From: a virus
Lineage: Duplodnaviria; Caudoviricetes
Direction: 5' to 3' (one strand)
DNA: 38,939 nt
Virus record (IMG/VR): IMGVR_UViG_3300024232_000035
Coordinates: 1 to 38,939 of that record
Shown piece by piece: positions 33,862 to 38,939 of the stretch (position 1 is its first letter; each line of letters starts with the position of its first letter). A model generated the notes under the pieces. That model had not been told where the DNA came from, did no database searches, and worked only from the letters and a program-made list of their open reading frames with translations. The position numbers were made by a program, and so were the translations under genes.

Positions 33862-34292
33862 TAGGATCTATTCACTGTCTTTGACCTTTCGACTTGCTCT
33901 TTAACTCTCTGTATCTCCCAAGCGACATACTCTCTATCCATCGCTTCGATAAGGATCACGAAGGTGTCAAACGCTTGTCCTTCAATCTCGTAGCGATCAG
34001 CATAGGCGTTAACTGAAGTAAACGGGATTCGCCTAGGGCGGGGCTGTAGTATAACCCCTCCCATCGGAATCGAATACCCTGATACCGAATACGGGCGGTC
34101 TCCGTTTAATCGCCAGAATGCCTCCCAGGCAAACTCACCGCCTGGGGGCATAACAGCATCTTCAGGTCTCTCAAACTGTTTATGACCAAGAAGGATCTCT
34201 GCTTCGGGATCCTCCTCAACTAGAGCTTCTAGGAATTCGGATCGTGATTCTCCGGACTCGAGCTGCCAGCGGAGGAGGGCGACAAGTTTTTT
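33861..34292 (-). CDS. Tail assembly chaperone, -1 frameshift extension (gpGT-like C-terminal part)
   Basis: The -1 frame is open from the slippery site (KLVALLRWQLESGESRSEFLEALVEEDPEAEILLGHKQFERPEDAV) into the listed 33861..34151 ORF. Confidence 0.85.
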   Translation of the reverse strand, partial: KKLVALLRWQLESGESRSEFLEALVEEDPEAEILLGHKQFERPEDAVMPPGGEFAWEAFWRLNGDRPYSVSGYSIPMGGVILQPRPRRIPFTSVNAYADRYEIEGQAFDTFVILIEAMDREYVAWEIQRVKEQVERSKTVNRS

Positions 34293-34696
34293 GCCGTGTC
34301 CTGCGAGAGTTCAATTTCGACTTCACCAACTAGCCCACCCGCGTATCGGATATGATCGTGCAATACACGGAAGGCGGGGTCGAGGAGATACTCTTCGGCG
34401 CTCGAGAACGGAATCGGTTTTCCGTCGTCGTCATCAAGGCCCGACCAATCCAATAAGATATGGTCTAGGTATAGTTGGCCGTTCGTTCGGAACAATTCAT
34501 CTTGGGGGATGTCGCGCTGTTTAGAGAAATATCTCCTGTGGTTGCGCAAGTCCACTTGGTTCTTGGCTACGATATACGGTCCATAGTTGAAACCACGAAC
34601 CTTGAGCCGAACCCCAGGCCAATCGGGTATATCTACCCACTCGCCTTCACGCTCGCGCTTTAGGTCTACACGAGCCGAATTCAATTTGATAGCCAT
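34229..34696 (-). CDS. Tail assembly chaperone (gpG-like)
   Basis: Between the tail tube and tape measure; EGEW..G.RLKVR and ILLDWSGL.DDDGK.IPFS; start reassigned to ATG 34696 after AAGGA. Confidence 0.85.
   Translation of the reverse strand: MAIKLNSARVDLKREREGEWVDIPDWPGVRLKVRGFNYGPYIVAKNQVDLRNHRRYFSKQRDIPQDELFRTNGQLYLDHILLDWSGLDDDDGKPIPFSSAEEYLLDPAFRVLHDHIRYAGGLVGEVEIELSQDTAKNLSPSSAGSSSPENHDPNS
34286..34292 (-). other. Programmed -1 ribosomal frameshift heptamer A-AAA-AAC
   Basis: Codons GCA AAA AAC give an in-phase X-XXY-YYZ site near the end of the chaperone ORF. Confidence 0.85.
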
Positions 34697-34704
34697 TTGG
34701 TGTT

Positions 34705-34827
34705 CCTTCTGCCGGAAGGGATGCGGGGCAGCCCCGGCAGGCTGCCCCGCGCACGCGCGCGCGTCCCGACCCGCAACACCAATCACGAGTCGAGACGGTC
34801 TTCACCCACCGCTGCCGGGCGGAGGGT
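34705..34827 (-). promoter_or_regulatory. Structured intergenic RNA leader (three hairpins with complementary loops)
   Basis: Stems at 34804-34827, 34723-34750 and 34705-34719; mRNA loops CCGGCA, UGCCGG and CGGCA. Confidence 0.6.
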
Positions 34828-34833
34828 TAAGAA

Positions 34834-36300
34834 TTAGAGTTCGAAATACGGGATGCGGTCGCAAAGGATTTGGGCGTTTGTTAGTGTGGTATCAATCGAC
34901 GCCTGGAAATCCATCTCGAGGTGAATGTCTTGGTTCTTACCGCCTGCGGCTGGTGCTCCGCTGCGATACAAGACTCGAGGGAATTGCCACACGAGCGCCT
35001 GACTATTCTTCTCTTCACGACAATTGATGGCAGTTGCAGTGCCGGCATACAACTTATTCAGAAGAGAAATGTCACCGTAGTAAGTATCGATTGTGCCGGT
35101 AACAGTGCATTCACCGCCGTTAACACCGACGGGCGACGCTTGGTCAACGGATTCTAGAGTCCGAAGATTGTTGTTGATCTGGAAGTTCAGTGAAGCGGCC
35201 CAATTAGGCGACGTCAAGGTCGCACCCGCTTCAGCAATACGACCAACGTTCGCATTGGCGGCCATTACCTGTCCGGTAGTAGCAGCATCAGGCACCGCGT
35301 CAAGAGCCGTTGTCGATGCGGAACCACCCATGCCGGTGAAGGCAGCGGCCCAAGTGACTTTCTGACGACTCTGTATCGTAACAGAGAAGGTGTTGACTCC
35401 CATGCCCGTGTTAACGATGTAGGACGGGACTGTCTGGTCGAGAAAACCTTTCTCGATCGACATGGTAGTCGGAGTCGTACCATTTCGAATCTGGTCGCCA
35501 AACCAAAATTTGATTGTCTTACCAGTGCCGGTATCGGTTGTCCACCCAGCCGGAAGATTATCGCATGTAAGAGCGGTCGCGGTGATCGCAGTGACACGAA
35601 TCCAGGCATTCAAAAGGGCAGTAGCGAACCGATCACCCGCCGCAGTCCCTCCGACCTTAATCCATTGGCCAGGGACAAGACCGAGGGTCGTGAAGTTCAA
35701 GGCGGTACTGCCCAGGCCGGAGGCCGTCGCGGTAATGTCTGCCGACGCTCCTTGCGCACCGACGACTTGGAGTTTAGCAGTACCAGGAGGAGCAGCTTCT
35801 GCGGTCAAGCCCAAAGCTGTGCCGACGATGGTCGTGCCAGTCGAAGACGCGACCCTGAAGATTTGGTTATTCGCCGCGTTGGTGAAACCCGTTGCGCGTA
35901 CAAGGTGTCCCACCTTGGCGTTCGTACCACCTGAAACAACCGTGTAAGTGTTCGCTGTCGTACCCGCATCCGTAACGACCGAATCCGCCACACCATCGTT
36001 GTCGAATACCGGAGTATTCACCCAAGGATTATAAAACGCTGACCGCAAGAATTCACTCAACGGCGAGTTGTCGTCAGGATACGACATTTCACCATTGATT
36101 GAGCCTTGCGATCCTTGCATGACTTTGATAGGATCACCGAGCATACGGTCTGAACGAATTTCGTCCGAGTCGATGTATTCAGGTGTGAAGCTCAACGACT
36201 CAGACACATAGCGCGCCGTCCGCATCCGAGGAGTCGTCGGCGTCGTGCCTGTCGTGACTTCACGGACAACCACAAGTTGAGTCCGATTAGAAGTCGTCAT
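34834..36300 (-). CDS. Major tail (tube) protein
   Basis: N-terminal E.T.GTTP...R..SESL...SDEIRSDR pattern of phage tube proteins; lies upstream of the chaperones; GGAG SD. Confidence 0.88.
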   Translation of the reverse strand: MTTSNRTQLVVVREVTTGTTPTTPRMRTARYVSESLSFTPEYIDSDEIRSDRMLGDPIKVMQGSQGSINGEMSYPDDNSPLSEFLRSAFYNPWVNTPVFDNDGVADSVVTDAGTTANTYTVVSGGTNAKVGHLVRATGFTNAANNQIFRVASSTGTTIVGTALGLTAEAAPPGTAKLQVVGAQGASADITATASGLGSTALNFTTLGLVPGQWIKVGGTAAGDRFATALLNAWIRVTAITATALTCDNLPAGWTTDTGTGKTIKFWFGDQIRNGTTPTTMSIEKGFLDQTVPSYIVNTGMGVNTFSVTIQSRQKVTWAAAFTGMGGSASTTALDAVPDAATTGQVMAANANVGRIAEAGATLTSPNWAASLNFQINNNLRTLESVDQASPVGVNGGECTVTGTIDTYYGDISLLNKLYAGTATAINCREEKNSQALVWQFPRVLYRSGAPAAGGKNQDIHLEMDFQASIDTTLTNAQILCDRIPYFEL

Positions 36301-36340
36301 TAAAAGTTACTCCAGATAGATAAAGGACGATGGCGCTGGT

Positions 36341-36493
36341 TCACGGTTGCTCTTCAATCATACCAAGGTCGATCCAATTTTCTGGAGTCAACAATGGCTT
36401 ATCAAGACCCTCATCATCTTGAATCACATCGTCGGGGTGATAACGATGAATCACGGTGACGAAGGGCTCTAGTACGATGTAAGGGCCAGGCAT
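36341..36493 (-). CDS. Small protein (50 aa; not in ORF track), paralog of the N-terminus of 36499..36831
   Basis: Translated by hand: MPGPYIVLEPFVTVIHRYHPDDVIQDDEGLDKPLLTPENWIDLGMIEEQP. Confidence 0.75.
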   Translation of the reverse strand: MPGPYIVLEPFVTVIHRYHPDDVIQDDEGLDKPLLTPENWIDLGMIEEQP

Positions 36494-36498
36494 CTCTC

Positions 36499-36831
36499 TT
36501 ACTTCCTGCTTCGAGGCTTCTCTGGTTCCGGGTCGTCCATAGTGGCAGCCGCCTCGGCTACCTCGGGCGGCACAGCCTTAGCAGCTTCGATTTCTTGTCG
36601 AAGACGGGCGGCGCCCCAACGACCATCAATCTCAATGCCCAGGTCCACCGCTTCAGCTTGCAAAGCGGTAAGATCTTCCTCGTCAGGTGAGACTGCGCCA
36701 AGCATCCCGCGCTCGACCCATTCTGCGCACGAAAGCGGACTGTCGCCTTCTACCACATAGTCCTCAACCACATCGTCTTTGTAATAACGATGTATGGTGC
36801 CAGCAAACGGCTCTAGGACCTTGAAACGCAT
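36499..36831 (-). CDS. Small virion-region protein with a C-terminal HeH/Rho-N-like helical motif
   Basis: LQAEAVDLGIEIDGRWGAARLRQEI; GGGAG SD. Confidence 0.7.
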   Translation of the reverse strand: MRFKVLEPFAGTIHRYYKDDVVEDYVVEGDSPLSCAEWVERGMLGAVSPDEEDLTALQAEAVDLGIEIDGRWGAARLRQEIEAAKAVPPEVAEAAATMDDPEPEKPRSRK

Positions 36832-36846
36832 TACATCACTCCCTGA

Positions 36847-37272
36847 CTAGGCATATTCGTCATAGTTAAACGGGACCGCCCCTGCGAGACCGAAGAAATT
36901 CCCGTTCTCTGCCTCGGCTTCGCCCCCAGGTTCGAATCCTTCGCATACGACATTGTTAAAGTCTGCGTTCTCGAATATCGCCGCTGCGGTCGAGAGCAAA
37001 CCATGACAGAGTGTTTCGCCAACTCCTTGCGGCACAAACGCATAGAACCAGATGTGCCCAAAACGACGAGCGAGATTATTCCCTGGCGCTCCAATAGATC
37101 CTTCGTTTTCAGGATTCCATCTTACTTCAATCATCATCCAAGCTTGGGGTCCACCATCCACAGCAGAGGCCGGCAGAGCATTCTCGTTCGGCCATATCAA
37201 CATTACAGTCGGATCAGTCCATTGAGTTTCCATCCGACTTCTAATAGCGCTGACTGCCGTACCTAGAGACAT
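36847..37272 (-). CDS. Tail terminator-like protein
   Basis: WPNE, IGAPG..RRFG...FVPQG.G and VPF motifs; canonical position before the tube gene. Confidence 0.75.
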   Translation of the reverse strand: MSLGTAVSAIRSRMETQWTDPTVMLIWPNENALPASAVDGGPQAWMMIEVRWNPENEGSIGAPGNNLARRFGHIWFYAFVPQGVGETLCHGLLSTAAAIFENADFNNVVCEGFEPGGEAEAENGNFFGLAGAVPFNYDEYA

Positions 37273-37880
37273 TAGATCTTTGCGGTGATAACTAGAGCTG
37301 GATAAGTAAGCTCCGTTTCACCTCTCCGATTCTTCTTCCGCAATCTATATCCACCAGCTAGTCGGATAAACGTCTTCTTCGCAATGACAGTATCACCAAA
37401 TCGTCGTTGGACTGCTTGACGCATATCTTCAACAATCCCAGGGGGCACGCTCATCTTCATTGCGCCGACTTCGACCTTCCTGGCATACGGAACGTCGTTC
37501 GTAATAATCACCTCAGCCCCTGGCGGTATGCTGGTCGGGTCTTTAACGTGTATGCCATTCACCATAGCGAACCATGCGCGTGCGTAGCGACCGCTTCGCA
37601 CCGGCGAGCGAGCTCTGGCGTACGTCAAGGAATACCGTACAGCCTCTGTAAGCCACTCGAATTGATAAATGATCGGTCCAGGAAACACGACGCTCTCTTC
37701 TTGAGCGCCTTTCCGGCCATTGATATATTTCGTGTAGGTCTTAGGCGCTTGACCCGAGGATTGGACTTCCGCCAACGACGCCCGCGCCGTCTTCGCCAAC
37801 TCGGAAGCCAGGAACTTGGGGTCATACCCTATTCCCGAGATACTGATGTGGACGCTTTTGTCGACTGCCCGAATGCCCAT
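37272..37880 (-). CDS. Tail completion / neck protein (HK97 gp10-like)
   Basis: SPVRSGRYARAW and ITNDVPYARKVE.G motifs. Confidence 0.75.
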   Translation of the reverse strand: MGIRAVDKSVHISISGIGYDPKFLASELAKTARASLAEVQSSGQAPKTYTKYINGRKGAQEESVVFPGPIIYQFEWLTEAVRYSLTYARARSPVRSGRYARAWFAMVNGIHVKDPTSIPPGAEVIITNDVPYARKVEVGAMKMSVPPGIVEDMRQAVQRRFGDTVIAKKTFIRLAGGYRLRKKNRRGETELTYPALVITAKI

Positions 37881-37882
37881 CT

Positions 37883-38227
37883 CTAGCCTCGAACATGCAC
37901 GTCGTACGCGATAAGTTCACTGCCAATACGACGAGTCGAATCATCGATTGCGTTGATAGCAACTTCTTTCCCGCGTATGATTAAAGCATCCGTTGGAAGC
38001 AAGGGCAGCGGAAATCCTTCTTTAATTAAATCGTCGTACAGCAGGATGACCCGTCGGTCGCCTTGGTTGATAGATGAACCCGAAACAATCTCTTGAGGAA
38101 CAAATCCTCGAACCAATGCTTTGCACGACCAATCAAACCGTGCATTCCGCCCAGCGGTGTATCTCCGAATATAGACGTTCTCGAGCGGCGCACGATTATA
38201 CGAATCACGTGCCTGGTCGGGATTCAT
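37883..38227 (-). CDS. Head closure / head-tail joining protein
   Basis: VRGFVPQEIV..I.QGDRRVI...D.LIIRGK; start reassigned to ATG 38227 (ATGA overlap). Confidence 0.72.
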   Translation of the reverse strand: MNPDQARDSYNRAPLENVYIRRYTAGRNARFDWSCKALVRGFVPQEIVSGSSINQGDRRVILLYDDLIKEGFPLPLLPTDALIIRGKEVAINAIDDSTRRIGSELIAYDVHVRG

Positions 38228-38664
38228 CGGGCAGCCATCCGAACCGTTAAAGCGGTATTGCCCGTATATGTCCCGACCGATGAAATTATACAACGCCACC
38301 GTGTTCCGAAGATACCGCTCTTGCCGGTATCGTTCGTCAGTGCTGCTGGTTGATAGATAGCAACAATCTCATTTCCAGCAACTAGGTTCAACAGCTTCAT
38401 CGCACTTTGCGTCGTAAACTGGAACCGTGCCACCTCAACCCAGTTAGCGCCCTGTTCGAGTGAAGTCTCGATCCTTACCGAGACTGATGTTCCTCCACCG
38501 CCCCAGGTGAAATTTGCCTGAATCGTCGCAGACAACATACCGTCGAGTCGATCGCGATATGCGATGCTCGAACCGGAGGCTGATACGCTTTCGGTAATAA
38601 CGGCATCGGTCAACGCCGTCGTTATCGCCTTGTCACCAAGATTATAGAGGCCAGGATTATCCAT
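38224..38664 (-). CDS. Putative virion structural protein (beta-rich)
   Basis: Located within the head-tail joining genes and coupled on both sides. Confidence 0.6.
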   Translation of the reverse strand: MDNPGLYNLGDKAITTALTDAVITESVSASGSSIAYRDRLDGMLSATIQANFTWGGGGTSVSVRIETSLEQGANWVEVARFQFTTQSAMKLLNLVAGNEIVAIYQPAALTNDTGKSGIFGTRWRCIISSVGTYTGNTALTVRMAAR

Positions 38665-38939
38665 TAAGCCATCAACGTCCTGTAGGGTTCAAGGAGCGAA
38701 AGGACGTCTGGCGGCAGACCACCATCACTTCCAATAGTGTTGATCTGGTAATCGTACCGCATCACACCTGGAATCTCTTCCGAACGAAGCAGAGGATCTT
38801 GATGGCTTTTTGCACGGTAAAATTTTACCAGAGAAATACATGCCCGTTCAATAGCATATGGTAATTGATCAAGTAATTCATAGCCAGCAGTATAGACAAC
38901 AACCAGTCTGCCCGTCGTCCAGCAAGTCCGAGCATCATT
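38664..38939 (-). CDS. Head-tail adaptor/connector protein (partial, C-terminal 91 aa)
   Basis: Translated by hand: ..VVVYTAGYELLDQLPYAIERACISLV..DPLLRSEEIPG..LPPDVLSLLEPYR..; TAA at 38666-38664. Confidence 0.78.
   Translation of the reverse strand, partial: NDARTCWTTGRLVVVYTAGYELLDQLPYAIERACISLVKFYRAKSHQDPLLRSEEIPGVMRYDYQINTIGSDGGLPPDVLSLLEPYRTLMA

Noticed and set aside
34753-34764. ACGCGCGCGCGT alternating palindrome as a Z-DNA element
   Set aside because: Too short to support alone in GC-rich DNA; more simply part of the structured leader.
1-38939. tRNA, rRNA, integrase or transposase genes
   Set aside because: None recognised. Intergenic gaps are short and explained by promoters or hairpins. 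A tRNAscan/Infernal run would be needed to exclude small RNAs formally.

Overview
The window is a piece of a tailed dsDNA siphophage genome with two convergent arms meeting at 18129-18132. The host is probably an alphaproteobacterium, which is an inference from the tail protein types. The + arm (1-18132) starts with a 7-deazaguanine DNA-modification and replication operon: queD, a queC lacking its four Zn cysteines, a purine phosphoribosyltransferase-FolE fusion, a nucleoside 2-deoxyribosyltransferase-family gene, dpdA, a beta-clamp-like gene, queE, a family A DNA polymerase, nucleases and HTH regulators. It continues with a cluster of small early-type genes and a UvrD-like helicase behind five related sigma70-type promoters. 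The first part of that cluster is strongly depleted in GAA and GATC. The - arm (38939-18129) carries head-tail joining genes, the tail tube, a tail chaperone with a -1 frameshift, a 1922-aa tape measure with an SLT domain, a tail fibre, two paralogous tail-tip proteins and an extended lysis cassette. I saw no integrase, tRNA, rRNA or CRISPR array. All family calls come from motif recognition by eye; no database search was run.
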